This document shows, piece by piece, positions 9,419 through 19,754 of a stretch of 25,337 bases of DNA; within the stretch, counting starts at the first letter, position 1, and the number at the start of each line of letters is the position of its first letter. The translations under genes and the position numbers were made by a program. Location of the stretch: IMG/VR virus record IMGVR_UViG_2711768004_000002; one strand, given 5' to 3'. The DNA comes from a virus. Lineage: Duplodnaviria > Heunggongvirae > Uroviricota > Caudoviricetes. The notes beneath the pieces are model-generated. The model worked only from the letters and a program-made list of their open reading frames with translations. It was not told the DNA's origin and searched no databases.

Positions 9419-10059
9419 TTGTCGGTATACCTCTCTCGTTTGCTCAGTTGTTCAGGAATATGGTGCAGCAGCTCGCCGTCACCACAGTAAATGGCGGCAT
9501 GATTCGGCACCGATGAACCAAAACAGCACAGCAGCACATCGCCCGGCTGCGCCGCTGACAACGGCACCTGATACAGCCCTGTGGCCTCCAGATTATCCAG
9601 ATAGAGATTCTGACCGTGACGCCACCAGTCATCCTCACGATGAAAATCCGGCATCTCAATCCCCGCCAGATGGTAAGCATCCCGGAACAGCGTGTAACAG
9701 TCCGTCACCCCGTGCTCAAAGCGCCGCCCGGTAAGATGTGGCACACAGCGGAACTTGTGAATCGCCCCCCGGCAGACCAGCCACCACGGCAAATCACTCT
9801 GCACCTGCAGCCGCCGGTCGGCCTCACTCAGCCAGGGCAGACCACCGGGGTGGCTGTGGACCAGTGCCACAATCTCACCCTGCATCTCTGCCTGCAGCCA
9901 GTCTTCCGGCGACATACGGAAATACGCCTCCGGCTCACCGGAGATATTCACGCAGGGGAAATATCTTTCCCCCTCCGGCGTTCTTACCACGAAGCCGCAC
10001 GACTCCGCTGGAGCACATCGCCGGGCGTGCGCCAGAATCGCTGATTCTGTCTCTGTCAT
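9316..10059 (-). CDS. K: tail tip assembly protein K (MPN/JAMM-like N-terminal part plus NlpC/P60-like C-terminal part)
   Basis: 247-aa ORF starting 6 nt after the L stop. Contains HSHPGGLPWLSEAD (HxHx7Sx2D JAMM-type motif) and a downstream Cys/His region (GVTDCYTLF...NHAAIY). The classical 199-aa lambda K annotation would correspond to an internal start at 9915 (MSPEDWLQ...). Confidence 0.85.
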   Translation of the reverse strand: MTETESAILAHARRCAPAESCGFVVRTPEGERYFPCVNISGEPEAYFRMSPEDWLQAEMQGEIVALVHSHPGGLPWLSEADRRLQVQSDLPWWLVCRGAIHKFRCVPHLTGRRFEHGVTDCYTLFRDAYHLAGIEMPDFHREDDWWRHGQNLYLDNLEATGLYQVPLSAAQPGDVLLCCFGSSVPNHAAIYCGDGELLHHIPEQLSKRERYTDKWQRRTHSLWRHRAWHASAFTGICNDLAAASTFV

Positions 10060-10064
10060 GGGAT

Positions 10065-10763
10065 TTACTGCGAAAGTTTGTTAATGGAAAGGAAGCCGCC
10101 AAAGTTGCCGACGTTATTGCGAAACTTACAGCCACTCAGGCATTTGCTGCATTTATCCTTCGTGATGTCGGACGTTGGCTGGTCATATTCATCCGCGACC
10201 GCCGGACCGTGATAACCGCACTCATCGCCGCGATAGGTCCAGGTGCAGGTGTTGGCCAGCATGATACGTCCCGGAAAAACAGCGCCATCTGTTTCCGTCG
10301 GCGTGGACAGTACAAAAGAGGCACTCACCGCGCTCAGTTCGCTGCACTGCTCAATGCGCCAGCGGCTGATCACCTCCTGCTCCGGATCGGCGTCACTGTT
10401 TCCGTTGACGAAGTTCACCGCATCCAGAAAACGGGCGTAAACCTTACGCCGGACCACCGTTCCGCCGACCAGACTCTGTAGATCTTCCGCCATCCCGGTG
10501 ACCATACCGTACAGGTTAGAAACCATCAGCGTGGGGCGCGTACTGGTGCCTTTGCCATTCAGTTCAAAACCACTCCCCTGAATGGGATACGGCTGATACT
10601 GTCGCCCCTGCCAGGTGACCGGCTCACCTTTTTCGTTCTGCTCATTACAGAAAAAATAACGTTCTCCACCGACCTCTGTCAGATCGATTTCCCAGAGCAC
10701 CACGCTGGCCGACTGCTCCGCACGGGTGCATTCATTCAGTGTTTCCTGCCGGATATCCTGCAT
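10065..10763 (-). CDS. L: tail tip protein L
   Basis: 232-aa ORF (MQDIRQETLNECTRAEQSASVVLWEIDLTEVGGERYFFCNEQNEKGEPVTW...) matching lambda L. The start overlaps the M stop. Confidence 0.9.
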   Translation of the reverse strand: MQDIRQETLNECTRAEQSASVVLWEIDLTEVGGERYFFCNEQNEKGEPVTWQGRQYQPYPIQGSGFELNGKGTSTRPTLMVSNLYGMVTGMAEDLQSLVGGTVVRRKVYARFLDAVNFVNGNSDADPEQEVISRWRIEQCSELSAVSASFVLSTPTETDGAVFPGRIMLANTCTWTYRGDECGYHGPAVADEYDQPTSDITKDKCSKCLSGCKFRNNVGNFGGFLSINKLSQ

Positions 10764-11092
10764 CAGTTCACCACCTGTTCAAACTCTGCGCTGAACTCAA
10801 CACGCAGCATACTGACCCGCGACGACCATTTTGCGCAGGTCACCTTTATCTGCCGCCACTCATAAGGCGGCGTCCACAGAAAGGCTTTCCAGCCCCCGTG
10901 CTCTTCCAGAAACGACTCCAGTACCATGGCCTCCTCACGGGGGACAGAAAGCGTCACGCTGTACGTTTTCAGGTTGGCATTCAGCCCGGCAGGCGCTCGC
11001 TGGGAATAGCCATCACCAAAGCGCACCTTTCTTACAGAAGGGGCCGAAGCCACATCCATACCGGGTTTCACTTTCCAGCGGAAGGTTTTCAT
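10763..11092 (-). CDS. M: tail tip protein M
   Basis: 109-aa ORF (MKTFRWKVKPGMDVAS...) matching lambda M. Overlaps the H stop by 4 nt. Confidence 0.9.
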   Translation of the reverse strand: MKTFRWKVKPGMDVASAPSVRKVRFGDGYSQRAPAGLNANLKTYSVTLSVPREEAMVLESFLEEHGGWKAFLWTPPYEWRQIKVTCAKWSSRVSMLRVEFSAEFEQVVN

Positions 11093-13650
11093 CGTCCACC
11101 TCCGGAGAACAGGCCACCATCACGCATCTGTGTCTGAATTTCATCACGGGCACCCTTGCGGGCCATGTCATACACGGCCTTCATCATCTGTGGACCTGGC
11201 AGACCATTCGTACCGTCGTTCTGAATCACCACGTGATTGTTCTGATTAAAATTAATGCCTTCAGCCCGCCGCATCTGCGCCGGACTTCCGGCACCGCCCA
11301 CATAACCACCTTCCGCATAGCCGCGCATCAGCCGGTAGAGATTCCCCACGCCAATCCGGCTGGTTGCCTCCTTCGTGAAGACAAATTCACCACGGTGAAC
11401 AATCCCCGCTGGCTCATATTTGCCGCCGGTTCCCGTAAATCCCCCGGTTGCAAAATGGAATTTCACCGCAGCGGCCTGAATGGCTGTACCACCTGACGCG
11501 GATGCGCCGCCACCAACAGCCCCGCCAATGGCGCTGCCGATACTCCCGACAATCCCCACCATTGCCTGCTTAAGCAGAATTTCTGTCATCATGGACAGCA
11601 CGGAGCGGGTGAAGCTGCGCCAGTTCTGTTCACTGCCGGTCAGCATCGCCGCCATATTCTGTGCAATACCATCAAAGGTCTGCGTGGCTGCACTTTTAAC
11701 CTGTGACATACTGTCCGTGGCGCTCTCTTCCCACTCACTCCAGCCGGACTTCAGGCCTGCCATCCAGCTCCCGCGAAGCTGGTCTTCAGCCGCCCAGGTC
11801 TTTTTCTGCTCTGACATGACGTTATTCAGCGCCAGAGGATTATCGCCATACTGTTCCTTCAGGCGCTGTTCCGTGGCTTCCCGCGCTGCCTGCCGGTCAG
11901 TCAGCCCCCGGTTTTTCGCATCAATGGCTGCCCGTTTTGCCCGTTGCTGCTGTGCGAATTTATCCGCCTGCTGCGCCAGCGCATTCAGGTGCTCCTGATA
12001 CGTAACCTTGTCACCAAGTGCAGCCAGCTGGCGTTTGTACTCCAGCGTCTCGTCTTTATGCGCCAGCAGGGATTTCTCCTGTGCGGACAGCTGGCGACGT
12101 TGTGCCGCCTCCTCCAGTACCGCGAACTGACTTTCTGCCTTCCACAAATCCCGGCGCTGCTGGCTGATTTTCTCATTCGCTCCGGCATGCTTCTCCAGCG
12201 TCCGGAGTTCTGCCTGAAGCGTCAGCAGGGCCGCATGAGCACTGTCTTCCTGACGATCGCCCGCATACACCTTCACGCCGGACTGTTTCGGCTTTTTCAG
12301 CGTCGCTTCATAATCCTTTTTCGCCGCCGCCATCAGCGTGTTGTAATCTGCCTGCAGGATTTTTCCGTCTTTCAGTGCCTTGTTCAGTTCTTCCTGACGG
12401 GCGGTATATTTCTCCAGCGGCGTCTGCAGCCGTTCGTAAGCCTTCTGCGCCTCTTCGGTATATTTCAGCCGTGACGCTTCGGTATCGCTCTGCTGCTGCG
12501 CATTTTTGTCCTGTTGACGCTGTTGATCTACCCTCTTTTGGGCTGCATCCCGCTCCAGGCGTTTTTTTTCACGATCATCCCAGTAACGCGCCCGTGCTTC
12601 ATCGTTAACGAAATAATCATCCTTGCGCAGATTCCAGATGTCGTCTGCTTTCTTAAACGCAGCCTCTGCCTTAATCAGCATCTCCTGCGCGGTATCAGGA
12701 CGACCAATATCCAGCACCGCATCCCACATGGATTTGAATGCACGTGCAGTCCTGTCTGCCCAGGTCTCCAGCGTGCCCATGTTCTCTTTCAGGCGGCGGG
12801 TCTGGTCATCAAACCCTTTCGTTGCGGCCTCGTTCGCCGCCTGCAATGCCCCGGCTTCATCGCCGGAACGCTGCAACTGAGCAACATACGCAATCTGCTC
12901 CGCCGTCACGTTATGGAACTGGCGTGCCATCGCCGTCAGCCCCGACGTCGGGTCTGTGGTCAGCTTCCCGAAGGCTTCAGCGACCTTGTCCACCTCCACG
13001 CCGGATGCATAGGAGAAACGCGCCACACTCTGGCTGATGGACGCAATCTGAGCCTCACCGCTTACCCCCGCCTTAACCAGTGCGCTGAGTGACTCGCTGG
13101 TCTGGTTAAACGTCAGCCCTGCCGCCTGCCCGGCTCTGGACAGGACCAGCATACGATCTGCCGTCAGTCCCGCCTGATTACCGGAAAGGACCAGCGTTTT
13201 GTTGAAATCGGACAGGGTTGAGTTGCCCTGATACCAGGCATACGCCAGCGCACCGGTCGCCACCGCCAGCGAGGTGGCCCCCACCATCGGCAGGGTGATC
13301 GCGCCGGCAAGCCCCCTGAACATGGGGATCATCCCGCCGAAGGAGTCCTTAACCTGACCACCCTGTTGCAGCAGGATCAGCCAGGGATTCTGCCCCCCTG
13401 CAAGCTGCGTGGCCACGTCGGTGAACTGTGCAGGCAGCATACGCATGGCGGCTTTATACTGCCCGACGGAAATCCCCGCTTTCTGTGCAGCCAGCGCCTG
13501 TCGGCTCAGCGACTGTTCAACGACTGCCGCTGTTTTTTTCGCATCACTTTCCGTACCGGAAAAATGACGCCTGACTCTGGCCATCTGCTCGTCAAATCTG
13601 GCCGCATCCAGACTCAAATCAACGACCAGATCGCCTACCGGTTCAGCCAT
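11089..13650 (-). CDS. H: tail tape measure protein H
   Basis: 853-aa ORF, the same length as lambda H, with matching N-terminus (MAEPVGDLVVDLSLDAARFDEQMARVRRHF) and C-terminus (...QTQMRDGGLFSGGGR). Confidence 0.95.
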   Translation of the reverse strand: MAEPVGDLVVDLSLDAARFDEQMARVRRHFSGTESDAKKTAAVVEQSLSRQALAAQKAGISVGQYKAAMRMLPAQFTDVATQLAGGQNPWLILLQQGGQVKDSFGGMIPMFRGLAGAITLPMVGATSLAVATGALAYAWYQGNSTLSDFNKTLVLSGNQAGLTADRMLVLSRAGQAAGLTFNQTSESLSALVKAGVSGEAQIASISQSVARFSYASGVEVDKVAEAFGKLTTDPTSGLTAMARQFHNVTAEQIAYVAQLQRSGDEAGALQAANEAATKGFDDQTRRLKENMGTLETWADRTARAFKSMWDAVLDIGRPDTAQEMLIKAEAAFKKADDIWNLRKDDYFVNDEARARYWDDREKKRLERDAAQKRVDQQRQQDKNAQQQSDTEASRLKYTEEAQKAYERLQTPLEKYTARQEELNKALKDGKILQADYNTLMAAAKKDYEATLKKPKQSGVKVYAGDRQEDSAHAALLTLQAELRTLEKHAGANEKISQQRRDLWKAESQFAVLEEAAQRRQLSAQEKSLLAHKDETLEYKRQLAALGDKVTYQEHLNALAQQADKFAQQQRAKRAAIDAKNRGLTDRQAAREATEQRLKEQYGDNPLALNNVMSEQKKTWAAEDQLRGSWMAGLKSGWSEWEESATDSMSQVKSAATQTFDGIAQNMAAMLTGSEQNWRSFTRSVLSMMTEILLKQAMVGIVGSIGSAIGGAVGGGASASGGTAIQAAAVKFHFATGGFTGTGGKYEPAGIVHRGEFVFTKEATSRIGVGNLYRLMRGYAEGGYVGGAGSPAQMRRAEGINFNQNNHVVIQNDGTNGLPGPQMMKAVYDMARKGARDEIQTQMRDGGLFSGGGR

Positions 13651-14481
13651 ACCGGACTCCTCCTGCGATCCCTTCTGATACTGTCATCAGCATTACGTCA
13701 TCCTCCGTCATGTCCGCCACATCCGGGGAAGCGGGGATAACTTCATTCCCGTCCGGGCCAAAGCGGACACCTCCGGCAAGCCCTGCCGCTTTCTGCATCA
13801 GCACATCATCTTCAGGCTCTTCGTCAGCCTCGCGCCGGTTCAGCAGACTGAAATCCAGCGGATGCATCTCCGGATCGCTGAAAAACAGGCTGAGCACGGT
13901 GTACGTCAGCCCGGAAAAGTGCATATCCAGCAGAACATCATGAAAATAATGGGTACTGTAAAAGCGGTGCCAGTCGGCATACTCCGTGGATGACATCCCG
14001 GCAAGCATGGCGCGCCAGTCGGGTCGCCCCATCTCACGCGCCAGTTTCAGGGCAAAACTCAGCTCACCGTCGAACACTTTCCCGCAGAAACAGGCTCTGC
14101 AGGCCCGGCGTCCTCTGCCTGTTCAGGAGCATCATTCACCACAAACTCATACATACCGGACAGCCGGTACACCACGTTTTCAGCATGAGAAATTGCCTCT
14201 GTGGGCCAGGTGGTAAGCACTTCCTGCTCAATCTGTTTAACGGCTTCATTCATGGACGGCATCTGCGTCTTCTTCGGATGGTTATGCCACAGGGACATCG
14301 CAACCACAAAAGCGCCGGTTCTGATGGCGTCTTCCACAGTAAACTTCCGGTTGCTGTCTGACTCCGCCTGTTCTGCCTGCCGTTTCATCAGGTCGAGATG
14401 CTCAATACGCTGCAGGGCTGACAGTTCAGAAAGCGTGACGGTCACACCGTTATGTTCAAATGATTCGGTTTTCAGGAACAT
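13643..14481 (-). CDS. tail assembly chaperone G-T fusion (G read into the T frame by a programmed -1 frameshift)
   Basis: The G ORF (14059-14481) and the overlapping T-frame ORF (13643-14077) are arranged as in lambda, with the slippery heptamer GGGAAAG at 14077-14083 near the G 3' end. Confidence 0.8.
14059..14481 (-). CDS. G: tail assembly chaperone G
   Basis: 140-aa ORF (MFLKTESFEHNGVTVTLSELSALQRIEHL...AGKCSTVS) matching lambda G. Confidence 0.9.
   Translation of the reverse strand: MFLKTESFEHNGVTVTLSELSALQRIEHLDLMKRQAEQAESDSNRKFTVEDAIRTGAFVVAMSLWHNHPKKTQMPSMNEAVKQIEQEVLTTWPTEAISHAENVVYRLSGMYEFVVNDAPEQAEDAGPAEPVSAGKCSTVS
14077..14083 (-). other. programmed -1 ribosomal frameshift slippery site (G GGA AAG)
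   Basis: Plus-strand CTTTCCC at 14077-14083 is the reverse complement of GGGAAAG, inside codons S-A-G-K-C of G, at the position of the known lambda G/GT frameshift. Confidence 0.8.
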
Positions 14482-14496
14482 CGCTGACTCTCCGGA

Positions 14497-15237
14497 TTAA
14501 CTGGCGGTGACGTTGATTTCTGCAACCGCAGCAAACTCACCATTACCAGATACGACCGGAATGTTGACCTTGCCTGCAGCAACACCTTTCACGGTGATGG
14601 TCATACCACTGACCGACACGGTGGCTTTTGTTTTATCCGCAGACACCGCACGGAAGCTCTTGTCGGTTGCGCCATCCGGCTGGAATGCCACGGTCAGCGT
14701 GGTGCTCTGCCCTTTCACTACGGAAGCACTGGCGGGTGTCACCGTCATGCCGGTCGTCGCCGTCACCGTGCTGCGATCTTCTGCCATCGACGGACGTCCC
14801 ACATTGGTGACCTTCACCGTGCGGGTAATCACCTCCTTCGCCGTCACCGCCTTACCGATACTGCTGACCCAGCCACGGAACACATCGACCGTGCCGTTCG
14901 GGAAGCGGATTTTATAGGCACGGGTATCACCTTCATTAAACCACGCCAGCAGCGCCTGCTGCCCCTGCTCTCCGGGCATCCACGCCAGCGTGAAGCTGGT
15001 ATCTCCGGCAGATTTCTGCCCCTGCCCGGTCGCAGTCCAGTCTGCATCTTCATCATCGAGATAGCTGTCGTCATAGGACTCAGCGGTCAGTTCGCCGGGC
15101 GTCAGGTCTTTAACTTTTGCCAGACGCGACCAGTCAACGTCTGAAAGCGGGTTCGCATAAGGGTCACCGCTCCCCTTATAAACCCACAGGGTGGTCCCGG
15201 CACCTTTCACCGGCATTGTAGGATTTGGTACAGGCAT
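14497..15237 (-). CDS. V: major tail tube protein V
   Basis: ORF 14497-15267; start taken at the internal ATG giving [22 protein letters not shown]..., the lambda V N-terminus (246 aa). Confidence 0.9.
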   Translation of the reverse strand: MPVPNPTMPVKGAGTTLWVYKGSGDPYANPLSDVDWSRLAKVKDLTPGELTAESYDDSYLDDEDADWTATGQGQKSAGDTSFTLAWMPGEQGQQALLAWFNEGDTRAYKIRFPNGTVDVFRGWVSSIGKAVTAKEVITRTVKVTNVGRPSMAEDRSTVTATTGMTVTPASASVVKGQSTTLTVAFQPDGATDKSFRAVSADKTKATVSVSGMTITVKGVAAGKVNIPVVSGNGEFAAVAEINVTAS

Positions 15238-15244
15238 AGCGTCC

Positions 15245-15640
15245 TCACATTTCATAGATAATGACATAAGTCAGATCGGCTGAACTCCACAGGCCCGCAT
15301 CATCGTCGCGCCGGTAGTCATAGCCGCTGGCCACCATACTGGTGATCAAATCTGACAGTGCCGGGATATCGCTCATCACAGGATAAATCCGGGACTCCAT
15401 CCACGAATCCAGCTCTGAATCCGGCACCTGAGCAGGCAGGAAAACTTCAATATGCAGCTCCGCCTGCCAGGTATCGCTGTCCAGCTCTTCGCCCGTGTAT
15501 TCAGCGCCGGTGAGATAAACGGCAATTGCCGGAAAATCTTCCTCATCAAAAACAGCGGGGCGACCATCAAAAAGCGTCGCCCCGGTGTCATGCTTCTCCA
15601 GTGCATCCAGTACGGCTGCACGGAGTTCAGTATGTTTCAT
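15245..15640 (-). CDS. U: tail terminator protein U
   Basis: 131-aa ORF ([36 protein letters not shown]...) matching lambda U. Confidence 0.9.
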   Translation of the reverse strand: MKHTELRAAVLDALEKHDTGATLFDGRPAVFDEEDFPAIAVYLTGAEYTGEELDSDTWQAELHIEVFLPAQVPDSELDSWMESRIYPVMSDIPALSDLITSMVASGYDYRRDDDAGLWSSADLTYVIIYEM

Positions 15641-16215
15641 CGCTTTATTACCATTCTCAGTTGATGCTGCAGCGCATAGCCCAGCTCTTTCGGAAGACGT
15701 TCACGCCGTATCCGTTCAATATTCTGTTTAAACGCCGTGGTCAGCGGCACCGCCATCGGGATTTTCACCACATCAATGGGGTAACGGTTTTTCCCGGCCA
15801 CACGCTGCATAACATGCCACCGGCCGTTTTTCAGTTGCTGAATAAACGCGCCGGGAATACGACGGTTACCCACCACAAGCACGCTGCCGCCACCTTTCAG
15901 GGATGAACGCTGCCCCTTTTTATGACGCCTGCGGCGGGACAGGACAACCCGCGCATTACCCAGCTTGATTACGGGCAAATCCCCCCGGTTAACTTTGATT
16001 CTGGCCTGCGGATTTTTGACCGTGGCCCTTTTCAGCCTGGCCCTTTCCTTTACCAGTTTCCGGCGTACCTTTGTCTCACGGGCAACCTGTGACGCAGACT
16101 GCGATATCGCGGATGAAGCAACGCGGTTAATGGCCATTGCGGCGGCACCGGGCACCGCCGTTTTGCTGATACGGCTGAGGTTTTCAACGGCCTGCTCAAG
16201 ACCTTTTATGGCCAT
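15637..16215 (-). CDS. Z: tail completion protein Z
   Basis: 192-aa ORF (MAIKGLEQAVENLSRISKTAVPGAAAMAINRV...) matching lambda Z. Confidence 0.9.
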   Translation of the reverse strand: MAIKGLEQAVENLSRISKTAVPGAAAMAINRVASSAISQSASQVARETKVRRKLVKERARLKRATVKNPQARIKVNRGDLPVIKLGNARVVLSRRRRHKKGQRSSLKGGGSVLVVGNRRIPGAFIQQLKNGRWHVMQRVAGKNRYPIDVVKIPMAVPLTTAFKQNIERIRRERLPKELGYALQHQLRMVIKR

Positions 16216-16226
16216 ACATCCCCCTT

Positions 16227-16580
16227 TCAGCGGCGACGGTTAACGGCAGGCGGTACGCCCCGTCCAAGCCAGAGATGACAACTTCCGCCATCATCCGGCG
16301 AAACCCGATCTACCCAGAAATTTTCCTCACCGATGGTCAGCGTGTCTCCACGCCGCAGCTGCCGCACCTCATCAGTCCGGACAAACAGGGACGGGCTGGA
16401 GCCTTCAACGCGCACGCCCTGTCCGGCATAGCTGATATTTTCAGGGTCATCAAAAACACCACGTATCACCGCACCTGACTGCTCACCGGATGTCATGGTG
16501 GCTGACGTTCCCATGTACCCGCGTATCGTTTCATCGGCGCGGGCAATGGCAGCATCGAACAGGTTATCGAAATCAGCCAC
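16227..16580 (-). CDS. FII: head-tail connector protein FII
   Basis: 117-aa ORF (MADFDNLFDAAIARADETIRGYMG...VPPAVNRRR) matching lambda FII. Confidence 0.9.
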   Translation of the reverse strand: MADFDNLFDAAIARADETIRGYMGTSATMTSGEQSGAVIRGVFDDPENISYAGQGVRVEGSSPSLFVRTDEVRQLRRGDTLTIGEENFWVDRVSPDDGGSCHLWLGRGVPPAVNRRR

Positions 16581-16591
16581 AGCGCCTCCCG

Positions 16592-16990
16592 TTATTGCAT
16601 TCTGGCCAGGCCGCGCTCTGTCATTTCGGCTGCCACACCGGCAGAGACACGAAACGCCGTTCCCGGCAGCACAAATGCCACAGGTTTATCCCGCGTGGCG
16701 TGAAGTGCATCAGTATGCAGCGTCACCAGTGCCACGACCGTGACCAGTTCAGCCGTATCCTGAATCACGGTATCCGGCTGCGCTGATACCACCTCATTTT
16801 CATGCCCGGTCAGCACATTTTCCCGGCTGAGAGGGGTGTCCTGACCGGCAGTTTCATCCGTGTCATCAAGCTCTTCTTCCAGCTCTGCCACACGAAGCGC
16901 CAGTTCTTCTTTCGTTCCCGTCAAACTGACATCGCGGTTCAATTGCTCACCCAGCTCCTGAAGACGGGCAATCAGTTCATCTTTCGTCAT
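16592..16990 (-). CDS. FI: DNA packaging / head completion protein FI
   Basis: ORF 16592-17029; start taken at the internal ATG giving MTKDELIARL..., the lambda FI N-terminus (132 aa). Confidence 0.9.
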   Translation of the reverse strand: MTKDELIARLQELGEQLNRDVSLTGTKEELALRVAELEEELDDTDETAGQDTPLSRENVLTGHENEVVSAQPDTVIQDTAELVTVVALVTLHTDALHATRDKPVAFVLPGTAFRVSAGVAAEMTERGLARMQ

Positions 16991-17031
16991 GAACTCCTCC
17001 ACAGAGAGAAAATGGCCCCGAAGGGCCATGA

Positions 17032-18057
17032 TTACGCCAGTTGAACGGACACGAACTCATCAGGATCAGCCAGCAGCATCAGCGGTGCTGACTGAATCAT
17101 GGTGAACTCACGCGCCGGATCGCCGGTGGTCACCCAGTTTTTCGGGTAACGGGCAGAAGCGTTAATGCCTTCGCGCTGTGCGTCCGCATCCTGAATGCAG
17201 CCATAGGTGCGCAGACCGCGAGCCTGAGTGTTCCCCAGCACCATCGTGTTGTCCGGCAGGAAGTTCTTTTTGACGCCGTTTTCCACGTACTGTCCGGAAT
17301 ACACGACGATGGCCACATCGCCATACATTCCCTTATAGGACACCGCTTTGCCCAGGTCTTTTACCGCTGTCTCCAGCTCGGAATGAGAGCCGCGACGGGT
17401 ATCCAGCTTCTCCTTGACGGCTTTGAAGGAACGGAACAGCGCCCAGCCTTTCGGGTCAAACACGATGATATTCACCACACCGCTGGCGTTCAGCGCGTAG
17501 GCTTCGATATCGTCGGTCGGGTCATACGTGGACTTGTCACGCTTGCTCCACTCCGTGACGCCGGACTGTGTGATGTTGTTCGCCGCACTGCGGCCCATAT
17601 CCACCTCAACCGGATCGAAGGCTTCACCGGTCATGGTGTATTTGCCCTTGAGCACGGCAGAAACTGCCTGCATCTCTTCGACCTGAGCAATGGCCAGCTC
17701 TTCGTCACGCATGTTCTGCATGATGATGCGACGGCGGCGGTAAGCCGGGTCCGCCAGATTCTGCGGATCTTCATCCGGCAGGCGACGCAGGGTCATCTGC
17801 GGATTCACCTCATGCTTGGGTTTGACATATCCCGGCGTAAATTCAGAGGTGGAGCCGCCACGGGAACGGATAACCTCACCGGAAACAATCGGCGAAACGT
17901 ACAGCGCCATGTTTACCAGTCCCGGAATTTGTGAGAGATAGACTTTCTCCGTAGTGAAGGGATAGCTCTCACGGAAAAAGAGACGCAGAAACAGCGGATC
18001 AAACTTAAATTTCTGCTCATTTGCCGCCAGCAGCTGGGCGGTTGTGTACATCGACAT
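17032..18057 (-). CDS. E: major capsid protein E
   Basis: ORF 17032-18084; start at the internal ATG giving MSMYTTAQLLAANEQKFKFDPLFLRLFFRESYPF..., the lambda E N-terminus (341 aa). Confidence 0.95.
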   Translation of the reverse strand: MSMYTTAQLLAANEQKFKFDPLFLRLFFRESYPFTTEKVYLSQIPGLVNMALYVSPIVSGEVIRSRGGSTSEFTPGYVKPKHEVNPQMTLRRLPDEDPQNLADPAYRRRRIIMQNMRDEELAIAQVEEMQAVSAVLKGKYTMTGEAFDPVEVDMGRSAANNITQSGVTEWSKRDKSTYDPTDDIEAYALNASGVVNIIVFDPKGWALFRSFKAVKEKLDTRRGSHSELETAVKDLGKAVSYKGMYGDVAIVVYSGQYVENGVKKNFLPDNTMVLGNTQARGLRTYGCIQDADAQREGINASARYPKNWVTTGDPAREFTMIQSAPLMLLADPDEFVSVQLA

Positions 18058-18112
18058 AAAAAAATCCCGTAAAAAAAGCCACACAGGCGGCCTTTAGTGA
18101 TGAAGGGTAAAG

Positions 18113-18445
18113 TTAAACGATGCTGATTGCCGTTCCGGCAAACACGGTCCGTTTTTTCGTCTCGTCGCTGGCAGCCTCCGGCCAGAGCACATCCTCATAA
18201 CGGAACGTGCCGGACTTGTAGAACGTCAGTGTGGTGCTGGTCTGGTCAGCAGCAACCGCAAGAATGCCAACGGCAGCACCGTCGGTGGTGCCATCCCACG
18301 CAACCAGCTTACGGGTGGAGGTGTCCAGCATCAGCGGGGTCATTGCAGGCGCTTTCGCACTCAATCCGCCGGGCGCGGTTGCGGTATGAGCCGGGTCACT
18401 ATTGCCCAGCGGCTGGTAATGGGTAAAGGTTTCTTTGCTCGTCAT
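18113..18445 (-). CDS. D: head decoration protein D
   Basis: ORF 18113-18451; start at the third codon giving [27 protein letters not shown]..., the lambda D N-terminus (110 aa). Confidence 0.95.
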   Translation of the reverse strand: MTSKETFTHYQPLGNSDPAHTATAPGGLSAKAPAMTPLMLDTSTRKLVAWDGTTDGAAVGILAVAADQTSTTLTFYKSGTFRYEDVLWPEAASDETKKRTVFAGTAISIV

Positions 18446-18454
18446 AAACATCCC

Positions 18455-19060
18455 TTACACTGGTGTGTTCAGCAAATCGTTAACGGCATCAGATGCCGGG
18501 TTACCTGCAGCCAGCGGTGCCGGTGCCCCCTGCATCAGACGATCCAGCGCAGTGTCACTGCGCGTCTGTGCACTCTGTGGTGCTGCGGCCAGAATACGGC
18601 GGGCCGTTTCCACGGTCATACCGGGGGTTTCGGCCAGCACGCGTGCCTGTTCTTCGCGTCCGTGAGCCTCCTCACAGTTGAGGATCCCCATAATGCGACT
18701 GTTTTCTGCCGCAACCGCTGCGGTGATCTGCGCGTTCACGTCCGGCTGCGCCGCGCTGGCGTTCTCGCCCTCCGTCGCTTGCACCACGCCAGTAACGTCA
18801 GCCTGCGAAGCAGTGGCTGAAACAGTTGTTGATTGAGTCTCTTTGGTCATTCGCCCTCCTGAGAGACGGGATTTACGTGCATCCAGTGCATCACGCATGA
18901 CGGTGATCGCATCGGTACTGTTAACAAGTTCATCAGCCAGTCCGGCATCAATGGCCTCCTGACCGCTGTACACTGCAGCCTCGGTATCCAGCACAGCCTG
19001 CACGGACAGGCCGGTATATGCCGACACCTTCTGTGCAAACATCCGGCGGGTTGCATCCAT
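18455..19060 (-). CDS. Nu3: scaffolding protein Nu3 (in-frame internal start within C)
   Basis: An ATG in the C frame at about 19058-19060 gives MDATRRMFAQKVSAYTGLSVQ..., the lambda Nu3 N-terminus. Shares the C stop codon. Confidence 0.7.
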   Translation of the reverse strand: MDATRRMFAQKVSAYTGLSVQAVLDTEAAVYSGQEAIDAGLADELVNSTDAITVMRDALDARKSRLSGGRMTKETQSTTVSATASQADVTGVVQATEGENASAAQPDVNAQITAAVAAENSRIMGILNCEEAHGREEQARVLAETPGMTVETARRILAAAPQSAQTRSDTALDRLMQGAPAPLAAGNPASDAVNDLLNTPV

Positions 19061-19754
19061 CCGGGACTGCAATGTTTCCCGGACATCATCCGGTAGATGG
19101 CTGTAGGGGTTGCCATCCACCTTATGGCTGCCGCTGTAAATCAGCGTGATTTCCACGCCCTGTTTCTCCAGTGCAGCGCCGTAATTACTGTGAGCCATCA
19201 TGACGCCGATGGAGCCTGTCCGGGCGGTCTGCGTGACCAGACGCCGGGAGGCGGCACTGGCAAGCAGCTGACCTGCGCTGCAGTTCATGTCATTGGCCAG
19301 CGCCCATACCGGCTTTATGTCACGCACACGGGCGATGATGTCAGCGCAGTCAAATGCTCCCGCCACCATTCCGCCCGGTGTGTCCATATCGAGCAGAATG
19401 CCGTCCACCATCGGGTCGCTGGCAGCCTGTTGCAGACGGGCGATAATGCCGTTGTAACCGGTCATCCCCGAGTACGGCTGCAGCGCCCGCGTCCGGCTGA
19501 CCAGCGTGCCGGACACCGGCAGCACGGCGATGCCGTTCATTACCTGATAACTGCGGGCCTGTCGTGGTCCGTCATCATCACCGGATAACGCCAGCGCCGC
19601 GGGTGCCTCTCCGGCAGTCAGGCTGTCGCCGGATACTGCATCCGTCAGGCAGCTGATCCCAAGCTGGCCTGCAAGCGCACAAAAGAAAACCCGCGCATAG
19701 GCGGGTTCAAGCATCAGCGGCTCATTAAAAGCCATGCTGGCAATATGCGGGAGA

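Noticed and set aside
9738-11496. Plus-strand ORFs 9738-10481 and 10831-11496
   Set aside because: They are antisense to K/L and M/H respectively, with Arg/Pro-rich composition typical of spurious frames.
11480-13092. Plus-strand ORFs 11480-11998, 11944-12474 and 12514-13092
   Set aside because: They are antisense to the tape measure gene H, with no start context or recognisable protein features.
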